This document shows positions 25,986-37,960 of a stretch of 64,000 bases of DNA, in pieces. The number at the start of each line of letters is the position of its first letter. Position 1 is the stretch's first letter. The notes beneath the pieces are model-generated. The model searched no databases. It was not told the origin of the DNA and was given only the letters and a program-made list of their open reading frames with translations. The DNA is from Octopus vulgaris (taxonomy: Eukaryota), in contig OX597842.1 of assembly GCA_951406725.2 (NCBI GenBank), positions 16,492,001 through 16,556,000 on the forward strand, in the 5' to 3' direction. The position numbers and the translations under genes are program-made.

Positions 25986-26409
25986 TAGATAAATTTCCTC
26001 TATTTACATAATATTGAGGTCTCTTTCTTTCTTTTATAGTTATTTTCATTTTAATATTTCTATTATGTGTAATTTTCTAGATGGTGTAATTTAATTGTTC
26101 ATTTTGAATTGATAAAAGGTGGGGTTTTTTTCTATTTTTTGATATAAATATTATATTGTGTGAAATTTGATTTAGTATTTCTAAATTGAATTTTTTTTTC
26201 CCTGTTAGTTTGGATTTATATTCCCTCAAATAATAATTATGGGCTCCCCAGACCCCAGTTGAACCGTCCAACCCATGCTAGCATGGAAAACGGACGCTAA
26301 ATGATGATGATGATGATGATGATATATATATTAATTTCAGGGCATCACGGGCAAGTTATAAATATATAAACACACAAGAGATAAGCAAGGGACAAAATAA
26401 CAAAATACT

Positions 26410-26675
26410 TAACACCCAGTCATAATGTTGTAAGAGGCAGCTTCTGCCTGGTCGGAATCCATGCTGGGTATCAGTAAGCAAGTCATTTTCTTCATGGAAC
26501 ACGATTTGTTTCTTGCAGACTATTCAGTCTATGACTTTGCTGATGTGTGAGGTCAGAGAGATAGGCCTATAATTTTTAGCACCTGCCCTGCTTCCTCCTT
26601 TATGAATACAGCATATTATTCCTTCTTTCAGTTTGTCTGGGAGCTTACCAATTAAAAGAAGCTGCAGTGGTTTTG
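26410..26675 (-). mobile_element. CR1/L2-like RT fragment (degenerate)
   Basis: Minus strand reads ...NYRPISLTSHISKV...FHEENDLLTDTQHGFRPGRSCLLQHYDW. Confidence 0.75.
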
Positions 26676-28029
26676 CAAGGCCCAAATATCCTGCCATTTA
26701 TATGATTAAACTGGCCAGCTCTGGCCTCTCCCATCTAACCTACAATGTCATTCCAAAAATTCATCATCGTATCATTGAAATCTCAAAGCTACGAGATATT
26801 CCATGATCAATTCAAACCAATGTGAATAAATAAGGATTAAATTTCACTGAATTATCTGAATGCTAAAGGGTCAATATTTTTGCTCTTGGAAATTAAAAGG
26901 GAAAATGTGCAATAGAGACCATCAAAAGAAATTAGACATCTTATTACACTTAGACTAACGAGTTTTAATTTAATGAGATTTATGTTTATTGGGACATGAT
27001 TTCATCAGACATGGGTGTACGCCTGATTAAACCATGTCACTTTCCACTTACACCCACCCCACTTATTTTAACCTCTCAGAACCTGGTATAAAGCCACCAC
27101 ACTCACTGCTATGCTCTTCGGTCGGGGCTTTTTCCTTCCGCTTCCTTTGTCTTTAAAGTTACTTGGCGACCTACTAGTGTTGGTGGCAAGTAAAAATGCC
27201 TCCAACTACTCTGTAAAATGGTTGGCATTGAAAAGGAGGAATGAATTCTGCATGAAACATCATCATCATCGTTTAACATCCATTTTCCATGCTAGCATGG
27301 GTTGGACGGTTCGACCGGGATCTGGGAAGCCAGGAGGCTGCACCAGGCTCCAGTATGATCTGGCAGAGTTTCTACAGCTGGATGCCCTTCCTAAACGTCA
27401 ACCACTCCGTGAGTGTATTGGATGCTTTTTATGTGCCAGGGGAGGCTGGTAACGGCCACAATCGGTTGGTGGTTTTTACGTGCCACCGACATGGACCCCA
27501 GTCAAGGCGGTGCTGGCATTGGCAACGTACGGATAGTTCTTTTTACGAGCCACTGGCACAGGTGCCATAAGTGATGATGACAAACATCATAACCACAATC
27601 CTATTCAGAACGACTGTCATAATTGCAGCTACATGGTAACCAAATGAGTGATGGTGCAATGAAGAAAAGCAGCCACTAAATGTGGTAAAGTGGTGGGTGC
27701 TAGGACGGCCATGAAGCAATAGAAGCCTTGCCAATGCATGGAATGGAGTTCACCACAATGCTGTGGTGTGTTGGATTCATAGCAAAATTGAAGGTGTCAG
27801 TCCTATATGGACCCCCACAAACCATCATGACCCTGGTCGAAAACCACTGTTGCAGTACATTCCCTGATGTGCATTTTTGGCTCTTTAGCCTTTCTCAAAG
27901 GTCAAATTAAAAATTTAAAGAAATCAAAAATCAAAAGATTGGCTAAAAGTTATGAGTTAAGGGAAAGAAATAGAAGACAGAATTGAAAAGGTAATGTCTT
28001 AGAGAGAAAGGGTTTGTTAATCCACTTAC

Positions 28030-28068
28030 CAATTTTGGTGATTTCATCAGTATATGCATTTGTCAAAC
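28030..28068 (-). CDS. 39-nt micro-exon (phase 1-1): xLTNAYTDEITKI
   Basis: ttttttacag|GTTTGACAAATGCATATACTGATGAAATCACCAAAATTG|gtaagt. Confidence 0.7.
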
Positions 28069-29405
28069 CTGTAAAAAATGGAAACAAAAATGTTTGATTT
28101 TAAGATGATATAATTCAAAATAAGGTGAATAAAAGAACATTATATTTCACAGTAATCTGATTGCTAAAGGATTAAACCAGTCATATTAAACCAGCCATAT
28201 CTGTTTTATGTTTGAACTAGCCACATCCACCCTCTCACACCTACCCTACAATGTCAGTCTAAAAATAAACAATCACATCAAAATGTCAAAACTACAAGAT
28301 AATGAATGATTATTTCAAAAACCAGGAGGGAGGAAGTAGGTAGCTTAATGTGGGTGTGTTGACCCAAGGAGGGGTAAGAAGAGATAGCCAGATGAGGATG
28401 ATGGAGGTGGGGTGATCAAGGTATTGAAAGAAGCAGAAATGGAAAATTGGGAGATGAGCGGGAGGAGTGAGAGGAAAAGTATTTTCAAGGGTGGTCATTG
28501 TTGGGTATGACAATAGATGTTAATAGTTAGGGATGGTGGCACTATAGAACTAAGGGAAATTGGAAAGGTGGAAGATGGGAGAGGCGAGTATTAAAGGGAG
28601 AGAAAGGGTCCACTTACAGATGCTAGTAGTGTAACAAAGGGGAAATCTGAAAAATGAAGATGGGTTGGTGGCACATCAAAGTACAGAGGTATGTAGACAT
28701 GTATGAGTAAATAGAGGGAGTTGGTAGCAACAGTAGGAGTAGGTAGTACTAAGTGGTTTGGTTCTATTTGAAGAAGAAGATCAGATAAGAATTCAAAGTG
28801 TGAGGACGGGGTGGTTGTAAAGGGGTATGTGCTGGGTAGCAGGAATGTGCAAAGGTAATCTTTAAAAATATTTAGAATGGGGGAGGTGGTAATAGTGGAA
28901 GTGATATGTTGTTAGTACAACAAAGTTGTAACTTAAGGTTAATCATAAAGAATTACATAGATTTGACATAATAGGCAAACAAGGAATAGGTTCTGTGTTT
29001 ACATGAGAGGATTACATCTGAAAATTTATTAAATAATTAGGGCTTGTGGTTTTGAAAGATAGTGGATGATTCTCATACACAGTGCCAAGATTAGTGTTGT
29101 ATGGGGTGGGCGGGTAGAATATAGGGAATGTTTTGGGACCTGAGGTTCTGTATATAATTTGTTAATGAGGTAGATAATTTATAAGTTTAATTGTGGCGGA
29201 AAATCAAAAAATTTCCAAAATTTTCTTCCATAGAATGCATCATTTCTAAAGCTCTGCTAAAAACGAAATTGGAAAAATCCCAGTCCAAACAAAGAAAATC
29301 CACCTTATGTGAGTGACCTATTCTAGAACTCTGGGCACTCGAGTAAGTTTGCCTTAACAAAAATAACTTGTGGAAAAAATAAAATAAAATAAAAATAAAA
29401 CTTAC

Positions 29406-29451
29406 AGAAAAATGTTGCAAGCAAATAGCAGAACAAGGTCCAAACAGCCAT
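29406..29451 (-). CDS. Leader exon B, signal peptide MAVWTLFCYLLATFF (exon 29406-29454, 49 nt)
   Basis: ccaccag|ATC ATG...TTC T|gtaagtttt; hydrophobic; phase-1 donor whose downstream intron is homologous to that of leader A. Confidence 0.65.
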
Positions 29452-29760
29452 GATCTGGTGGGTGAGAGAGGTGAGCATTACCTGAGTGAATGGGCCTTCT
29501 CTTAGTGTATACCTGTATATTGAAGAGAAAAGACTGGGGAGGGCATCCACCCTGGTGGTCAGGGAGACCATGGATTTTGTGGGATTTCTTTATGTGTGGC
29601 GCTTGAAAGTCCCCCCATTCTCAGGGGTTTTACTTTGACTTTGTTTCATTCATTGTATGACATTTTACATGCTAAAACCCACACTGGACCCTCCCGAATG
29701 TTTTCCTTTGTGTTCGCCCTCTGAGGTTAATAAAGAAATTATTATAAATCATTTCCTTAC

Positions 29761-30009
29761 TGTTTATCTTCAAATGATTGTCTGCAGCATTTTGGTTGTC
29801 TTCATCAAATTTCCAAGTCAAACATTTCTTAGTTACGTCTTTGATCCAAAGCGTGGGAGTACCTCCACTATTTGCCACTTCATAGTCAGGGCCATCAGCG
29901 CATGTCCTGTCACATTCATATTTATAATTGTGGAACAACCAAACCACCGGTTGTCTAATGTTTGGTATTTTTATCCTAAGGATGAAATTTCGATTGCGCA
30001 CAGCAATTC
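29761..30009 (-). CDS. Ig-like exon A (249 nt, phase 1-1): GIAVRNRNFILRIKIPNIRQPVVWLFHNYKYECDRTCADGPDYEVANSGGTPTLWIKDVTKKCLTWKFDEDNQNAADNHLKIN
   Basis: Same splice sites and length as exon B, open frame, 55 of 83 residues identical. Confidence 0.75.
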
Positions 30010-31710
30010 CTGAAATAAAGAAATCAGTTAAGAAGTTTTCTCTACAATTATATGGTTCTGGGTTCAGTCCCACTGCACAGCACCTTGGGAAAGTGTCTTC
30101 TACTACAGCCTCAGCCTTGTGAGTGGATTTGGTAGATGGAAACTGAAAGAAGCCTGTCGTGTATATGTATATACATATAGGTAAATATAAATATATACAC
30201 ACATATATATATATGTGTGTGTGTGTGTGTTTGTGTGTGTGTTTGTGTGTCTGTGTTTGTTCCCCCAACATAGCTTGACAACCGATGCTGGTGTGTTCAT
30301 GCCCCCGTAACTTAGCGGTTTGGCAAAAGGGTCTGATAGAATAAGTACTAGGCTTACAAAGAATAAGTCCTGGGGTTGATTTGCTCGACTAAAGGTGGTG
30401 CTCCAGCATGGCCGCAGTCAAATGAGTAAAACAAGTAAAAGAGTAAAGAGTAAAGGGTATATATATAAATAGAAAATTTCAAAGCTATGAGATAATCCAT
30501 GATCAATTCAAACCAATGTGGATAAATAAGGATTACATTTCACTGAATTATCTGAATGCTAAAGGGTTAATGTTTTTGCCCTTGGAAATTAAAAGGGAAA
30601 ATGTGCAATAGAGACCATCAAAAGAAATTTGACATCTTATTACACTTAGACTAACGAGTTTTAATTTAATGAGATTTATGTTTATTGGGACATGATTTCA
30701 TCAGACATGGGTGTACACCTGATTAAACCATGTCACTTTCCACTTACACCCACCCCACTTATTTTAACCTCTCAGCACCTGGTATAAAGCCACCACCCTC
30801 ACTGCTATGCTCTTTGGTCGGGGCTTTTGCCTTCCGCTTCCTTTGTCTTTATAGTTAATTGGTGACCTTCTAGTGTTGGTGCCATGTAAAAAAGCCTCCA
30901 ACTACTCTGTAAAATGGTTGGCATTAAAAAGGAGGAATGAATTCTGCATGAAACGTCATCATCATCGTTTAACATCCGTTTTCCATGCTAGCATGGATTG
31001 GACGGTTCGACCGGGATCTGGGAAGCCAGGAGGCTGCACCAGGATCCAGTGTGATCTGGCAGAGTTTCTACAGCTGGATGCCCTTCCTAAACGCCAACCA
31101 CTACGTGAGTGTAGTGGTTACTTTTTATGTGCCAGGGGAGGCTGGCAATGACCATGATCGGTTGGTGGTTTTTACGTGCCACCAACATGGACCCCAGTCA
31201 AGGCGGCACTGGCATCGGCCACGTACAGATGGTGCTTCTTACGTGCCATGACTGATGATGACAAACATCACAACCACAGTCCTATTCAGAACGACTGTCA
31301 TAATCACTGCTACATGGTAACCAAATGAGTGGTGGTGCAATGAAGAAAAGCAGCCACTACATGTGGTAAAGTGGTGGGTGCTAGGAGGGCCATGAAGCAA
31401 TAGAAGCCTTGCCAATGCATGGAATGGAGTTCACCACAATGCTGTGGTGTGTTGGATTCATAGCAAAATTGAAGGTGTCAGTCCTATATGGACCCCCACA
31501 AACCATCATGACCCTGGTCGAAAACCACTGTTGCAGTACATTCCCTGATGTGCATTTTTGGCTCTTTAGCCTTTCTCAATGGTCAAATTAAAAATTTAAA
31601 GAAATCAAAAATCAAAAGATTGGCTAAAAGTTATGAGTTAAAGGAAAGAAATAGAAGACAGAATTGAAAAGGTAATGTCTTGGAGAGAAAGGGTTTGTTA
31701 ATCCACTTAC

Positions 31711-31749
31711 CAATTTTGGTGATTTCATCAGTATATGCATTTGTCAAAC
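31711..31749 (-). CDS. 39-nt micro-exon: xLTNAYTDEITKI
   Basis: Identical to 28030-28068 with intact ag and gtaagt. Confidence 0.65.
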
Positions 31750-33915
31750 CTGTAAAAAATGAAATCAAAAATGTTTGATTTTAAGATGATATAATTCAAA
31801 ATAATGTGAATAAAAGAACATTATATTTCACAGTAATCTGATTGCTAAAGGATTAAACCAGCCATATTAAACCAGCCATATCTGTTTTATGTTTGAAGTA
31901 GCCACATCCACCCTCTCACACCTACCCTACAATGTCAGTCTAAAAATAAACCAGTCTAAAAATAAACAATCACATCATCAAAATGTCAAAACTACAAGAT
32001 AATGAATGATTAATTCAAAAACCAGGAGGGAGGAAGTAGGTAGCTTAATGTGGGTGTGTTGACACAAGGAGGGGTAAGAAGAGATAGGCAGATGAGGAAG
32101 ATGGAGGTGAGGTGATCAGGGGATTGAAAGAAGTAGAAGTGGAAAATTGGGAGATGAGCGGGAGGTGTGAGAGGAAAAGTATTTTCAAGGGTGGTCATTG
32201 TTGGGTATGACAATAGATGTTAATAGTTAGGGATGGTGGCACTATAGAACTAAGGGAAATTGGAAAGGTGGAAGATGGGAGAAGCGAGTATTAAAGGGAG
32301 AGAAAGGGTCCACTTACAGATGCTAGTAGTGTAGTAAGGGGAAATCTGAAAGATGAAGATGGGTCGGCGGCACATCAAAGTACAGAGGTATGTAGACATG
32401 TATGAGTAAATAGAGGGAGTTGGTAACAAAAGTAGGAGTAGGTAGTACTAAGTGGTTTGGTTCTACTTGAAGAAGAAGATCAGATAAGAATTCAAAGTGT
32501 GAGGACGGGGTGGTTGTAAAGATGTATGTGCTGGGTAGCAGGAATGTGCAAAGGTAATCTTAAGAAATATTTAGAATGGGGGAGGTGGTAATAGTGGAAG
32601 TGATATGTTGTTAGTACAACAAAGTTGTAACTTAAGGTTAATCATAAAGAATTACATAGATTTGACATAATAGGCAAACAAGGAATAGGTTCTGTGTTTA
32701 CATGAGAGGATTACATCTGAAAATTTATTAAATAATTAGGGCTTGTGGTTTTGAAAGATAGTGGATGATTCTCATACACAGTGCCAAGATTAGTATTGTA
32801 TGGGGTGGGTGGGTGTGAGGGCTCACTGTTAATTAACCAGGGTAGAATATAGGGAATGTTTTGGGACCTGAGCTTCTGTATATAATTTGTTAATGATGTA
32901 GTTAATTTATAAGTTGGATTGTGGTGGAAAATCAAAAATGTTCCAAAATTTTCTTCCATAAAATGCATCATTTCTAAAGCTCAGCTCAAAACAAAATTGG
33001 AAAAATCCCTACTGAAACAAAGAAAATCCACCTTACGTGAGTGACCTATTCCAGACCTCTGTGCACTTGAGTAAGATTGCCTTAACAAAAATATCCTACC
33101 CCACTTATTTTAACCTCTCAGCACTTGGTATAAAGCCACCACCCTCACTGCTATGCTCTTCGGTCGCAGCTTTTTCCTTCCGTGTCCTTTGTCTTTATTG
33201 TTACTAGGCGACCTACTAGTGTTGGTGCCTGGCTCCAGTCTGATCTGGCAGAGTTTCTATAGCTGTTTGCCCTTCCTAAACACCAACCACTCCGTGAGTG
33301 TAGTGGGTGCTTTTTATGTGCCACCAGCACAGGTGCCAGGGGAGGCTCGCAACGGCCACGATCGGTTGGTGGTTTTTACGTGCCACCGACATGGAAGCCA
33401 GTCAAGGCGGTGCTGGCATCGGCCACGTACAGATGGTGCTTCTTACGTGCCACTGGCACAGGTGCCATGACTGATGATGACAAACATCATAACCACAGTC
33501 CTATTCAGAACGACTGTCATAATCGCAGCTACATGGTAACCAAATGAGTGATGGTGCAATGAAGAAAAGCAGCCACTAAATGTGGTAAAGTGGTGGGTGC
33601 TAGGACGGCCATGAAGCAATAGAAGCCTTGCCAATGCATGGAATGGAGTTCACCACAATGCTGTGGTGTGTTGGATCCATAGCAAAATTGAAGGTGTCAG
33701 TCCTATATGGACCCCCACAAACCATCATGACCCTGGTCGAAAACCACTGTTGCAGTACATTCCCTGATGTGCATTTTTGGCTCTTTAGAAATTTAAAGAA
33801 ATCACAAATCAAAAGATTGACTAAAAGTTATGAGTTAAGGGAAAGAAATAGAAGACAGAACTGAAAAGGTAATGTCTAGTTTAAAAGGAGAGAAAAGGTT
33901 TGTTAATCCACTTAC

Positions 33916-33954
33916 CACTTTGGGTGATTTCATCAGTATATGCATTTGTCAAAC
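33916..33954 (-). CDS. 39-nt micro-exon variant: xLTNAYTDEITQS
   Basis: ttttttacag|GTTTG...ACCCAAAGTG|gtaagt. Confidence 0.6.
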
Positions 33955-36103
33955 CTGTAAAAAATGAAATCAAAAATGTTTGATTTTAAGATGATATAAT
34001 TCAAAATAATGTGAATAAAAGAACATTATATTTCACAGTAATCTGATTGCTAAAGGAATAAACCAGCCATATCTGTTTTATGTTTGAACTAGCCACATCC
34101 ACCCTCTCACACCTACCCTACAATGTCAGTCTAAAAATAAACCAGTCTAAAAATAAACAATCACATCAAAATGTCAAAACTACAAGATAATGAATGATTA
34201 ATTCAAAAACCAGGAGGGAGGAAGTAGGTAGCTCAATGTGGGTGTGTTGACCCAAGGAGGGGTAAGAAGAGATAGCCAGATGAGGATGATGGAGGTGGGG
34301 TGATCAGGGTATTGAAAGAAGTAGAAGTGGAAAATTGGGAGATGAGTTGGAGGAGTGAGAGGAAAAGTATTTTCAAGGGTGGTCATTGTTGGGTATGATA
34401 ATAGATGTTAATAGTTAGGGATGGTGGCACTATAGAACTAAGGGAAATTGGAAAGGTGGAAGATGGGAGAGGCGAGTATTAAAGGGAGAGAAAGGGTCCA
34501 CTTACAGATGCTAGTAGTGTAATAAAGGGGAAATCTGAAAAATGAAGATGGGTCGGCGGCACATCAAAGTACAGAGGTATGTAGACATGTATGAGTAAAT
34601 AGAGGGAGTTTGTAGCAAAAGTAGGAGTAGGTGGTACTAAGTGGTTTGGTTCTACTTGAAGAAGAAGATCAGATAAGAATTCAAAGTGTGAGGACGGGGT
34701 GGTTGTAAAGATGTATGTGCTGGGTAGCAGGAATGTGCAAAGGTAATCTTAAGAAATATTTAGAATGGGGGAGGTGGTAATAGTGGAAGTGATATGTCGT
34801 TAGTGCAACTAAGTTGTAACTTAAGGTTAATCATAAAGAATTACATAGATTTAACATAATAGGCAAACAAGGATTAGGTTCTGTGTTTACATGAGAGGAT
34901 TACATCTGAAAATTTATTAAATAATTAGGGGTTGTGGTTTTGAAAGATAGTGGATGATTCTCATACACAGTGCCAAGATTAGTGTTGAAAGGGGTGGGTG
35001 GGTGTGAGGGCTCACTGTTAATTAACCAGGGTAGAATATAGGGAATGTTTTGGGACCTGAGCTTCTCTATATAATTTGTTAATGAGGTAGTTAATTTATA
35101 AGTTGGATTGTGGTGGAAAATCAAAAATGTTCCAAAATTTTCTTCCATAAAATGCATCATTTCTAAAGCTCTGCTAAAAACAAAATTGGAAAAATCCCTA
35201 CTGAAACAAAGAAAATCCACCTTACGTGAGTGACCTATTCCAGACCTCTGTGCACTTGAGTAAGATTGCCTTAACAAAAATATCCTACCCCACTTATTTT
35301 AACCTCTCAGCACCTGGTATAAAGCCACCACCTTCACTGCTATGCTCTTCGGTCGGGGCTTTTTCCTTCCGCTTCCTTTGTCTTTATTGTTACTAGGCGA
35401 CCTACTAGTGTTGGTGCCTGGCTCTAGTCTGATCTGGCAGAGTTTCTATAGCTGTTTGCCCTTCCTAAACACCAACCACTCCGTGAGTGTAGTGGATGCT
35501 TTTTATGTGCCAGGGGAGGCTCGCAACGGCCACGATCAGTTGGTGGTTTTTACGTGCCACCGACATGGAAGCCAGTCAAGGCGGGGCTGGCATCGGCCAC
35601 GTACAGATGGTGCTTTTTACATGCCACCAGCACAAGTGCCATAAGTGATGATGACAAACATCATAACCACAATCCTATTAAGAACGACTGTAATAATCGC
35701 AGCTACATGGTAACCAAATGAGTGGTGGTGCAATGAAGAAAAGCAGCCACTACATGTGGTAAAGTGGTGGGTGCTAGGAGGGCCATGAAGCAATAGAAGG
35801 CTTGCCAATGCATGGAATGGAGTTCACTACAATGCTGTGGCTTGTTGGATCCATAGCAGAATTGAAGGTGTCAGTCCTATATGGACCCCCACAAACCATC
35901 ATGACCCTGGTCGAAAACCACTGTTGCAGTACATTCCCTGATGTGCATTTTTGGCTCTTTAGCCTTTCTCAAAGGTCAAATTAAAAATTTAAAGAAATCA
36001 AAAGTCAAAAGATTGGCTAAAAGTTATGAGTTAAGGGAAAGAAATAGAAGACAGAATTGAAAAGGTAATGTCTAGGAGAGAAAAGGTTTGTTAATCCACT
36101 TAC

Positions 36104-36142
36104 CAATTTCGGTGATTTCCTTAGGATACGTATTTGTGAAAA
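36104..36142 (-). CDS. 39-nt micro-exon variant: (V)FTNTYPKEITEI
   Basis: ttttttacag|TTTTCACAAATACGTATCCTAAGGAAATCACCGAAATTG|gtaagt. Confidence 0.65.
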
Positions 36143-37513
36143 CTGTAAAAAATGAAAACAAAAACGTTTGATTTTAAGATGATATAATTCAAAATAATGT
36201 GAATAAAAGAACATTATATTTCACAGTAATCTGATTGCTAAAGGATTAAGCCAGCCATATCTGTTTTATGTTTGAACTAGCCACATCCACCCTCTCACAC
36301 CTACCCTACAATGTCAGTCTAAAAATAAACAAGTCTAAAAATAAACAATCACATCATCAAAATGTCAAAACTACAAGATAATGAATGATTAATTCAAAAA
36401 CCAGGAGGGAGGAAGTAGGTAGCTTAATGTGGGTGTGTTGACCCAAGGAGGGGTAAGAAGAGATAGCCAGATGAGGAAGATGGAGGTAGGGTGATCAGGG
36501 TATTGAAAGAAGTAGAAGTGGAAAATTGGGAGATGAGTGGGAGGTGTGAGAGGAAAAGTATTTTCAAGGGTGGTCATTGTTGGGTATGACAATAGATGTT
36601 AATAGTTAGGGATGGTGGCACTATAGAACTAAGGGAAATTGGAAAGGTGGAAGATGGGAGAGGCGAGTATTAAAGGGAGAGAAAGGGTCCACTTACAGAT
36701 GCTAGTAGTGTAATAAAGGAGAAATCTGAAAGATGAAGATGGGTCGGCGGCACATCAAAGTACAGAGGTATGTAGACATGTATGAGTAAATAGAGGGAGT
36801 TGGTAGCAACAGTAGGAGTAGGTAGTACTAAGTGGTTTGGTTCTACTTGAAGAAGAAGATCAGATAAGAATTCAAAGTGTGAGGACGGGGTGGTTGTAAA
36901 GATGTATGTGCTGGGTAGCAGGAATGTGCAAAGGTAATCTTTAAAAATATTTAGAATGGGGGAGGTGGTAATAGTGGAAGTGATATGTTGTTAGTACAAC
37001 AAAGTTGTAACTTAAGGTTAATCATAAAGAATTACATAGATTTGACATAATAGGCAAACAAGGACTAGGTTCTGTGTTTACATGAGAGGATTACATCTGA
37101 AAATTTATTAAATAATTAGGGGTTGTGGTTTTGAAAGATAGTGGATGATTCTCATACACAGTGCCAAGATTAGTGTTGAAAGGGGTGGGTGGGTGTGAGG
37201 GCTCACTGTTAATTAACCAGGGTAGAATATAGGGAATGTTTTGGGACCTGAGGTTTTGTATACAATTTGTTAATGAGGTAGTTAATTTATAAGTTGGATT
37301 GTGGTGGAAAATCAAAAATGTTCCAAAATTTTCTTCCATAAAATGCATCATTTCTAAAGCTCAGCTCAAAACAAAATTGGAAAAATCCCTACTGAAACAA
37401 AGAAAATCCACCTTACGTGAGTGACCTATTCCAGACCTCTGTGCACTTGAGTAAGTTTGCCTTAACGAAAATAAGTTATGGAAAAAATAAAATAAAATAA
37501 AAATAAAACTTAC

Positions 37514-37562
37514 CAGCACATGTCATTAAGAGTAAGAGGACCAACTTGAAAAGGTCCATCAT
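37514..37562 (-). CDS. Leader exon A, signal peptide MMDLFKLVLLLLMTCA (49 nt, phase-1 donor)
   Basis: attttttcag|ATG ATG GAC...GCT G|gtaagt; classic n/h-region signal peptide. Confidence 0.75.
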
Positions 37563-37736
37563 CTGAAAAAATAATTTTCAAAAGCTGTAAGATAACAAAG
37601 CTTATAGCCCAGGGTCCGCTGCCTGTCAGGCTGAGAAAAACAAACGGTCACAATATCATCAGTCACTCTTTAATAGATTTATGGTCGAGACTCTGGCAGT
37701 GGAGATCTTATTCTTAACTATTTCAAATACTATATA

Positions 37737-37960
37737 TTTCTTTACTACCCACAAGGGGCTAAACACAGAGGGGACAAACAAGGACAGACAAACAGATTAA
37801 GTTGATTACATTAACCCCAGTGCGTAACTGGTACTTAATTTATCGACCTTGAAAGGATGAAAGGCAAAGTCGACCTCAGTGGCATTTGAACTCAGAACAT
37901 ACCGGCAGACGAAATACGGCTACGCATTTCGCCCGGCGTGCTAACGTTTCTGCCGGCTCA
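37737..37960 (-). mobile_element. tRNA-related SINE (third family)
   Basis: gccggcagaaacgttagcacgccgggcgaaatg...ttctgagttcaaat...gtcgactttgcctttcatcctttc on the minus strand. Confidence 0.65.

Larger units (their letters stand above)
26770..37470. repeat. Tandem segmental array: four ~2.2-2.6-kb units (about 26770-29405, 30480-33095, 33095-35285, 35285-37470), each carrying one micro-exon
   Basis: Repeated ORF-track entries (27728/31409/33628/35802 and 28310/32010/34198/36389); 2189-bp period between the last two units. Confidence 0.95.

Noticed and set aside
27728-28513. Recurring 60-70-aa ORFs in each 2.2-kb unit (MPMHGMEF..., MSYPTMTT...)
   Set aside because: They recur only because the DNA is recently duplicated; no recognisable domain or consistent exon structure.
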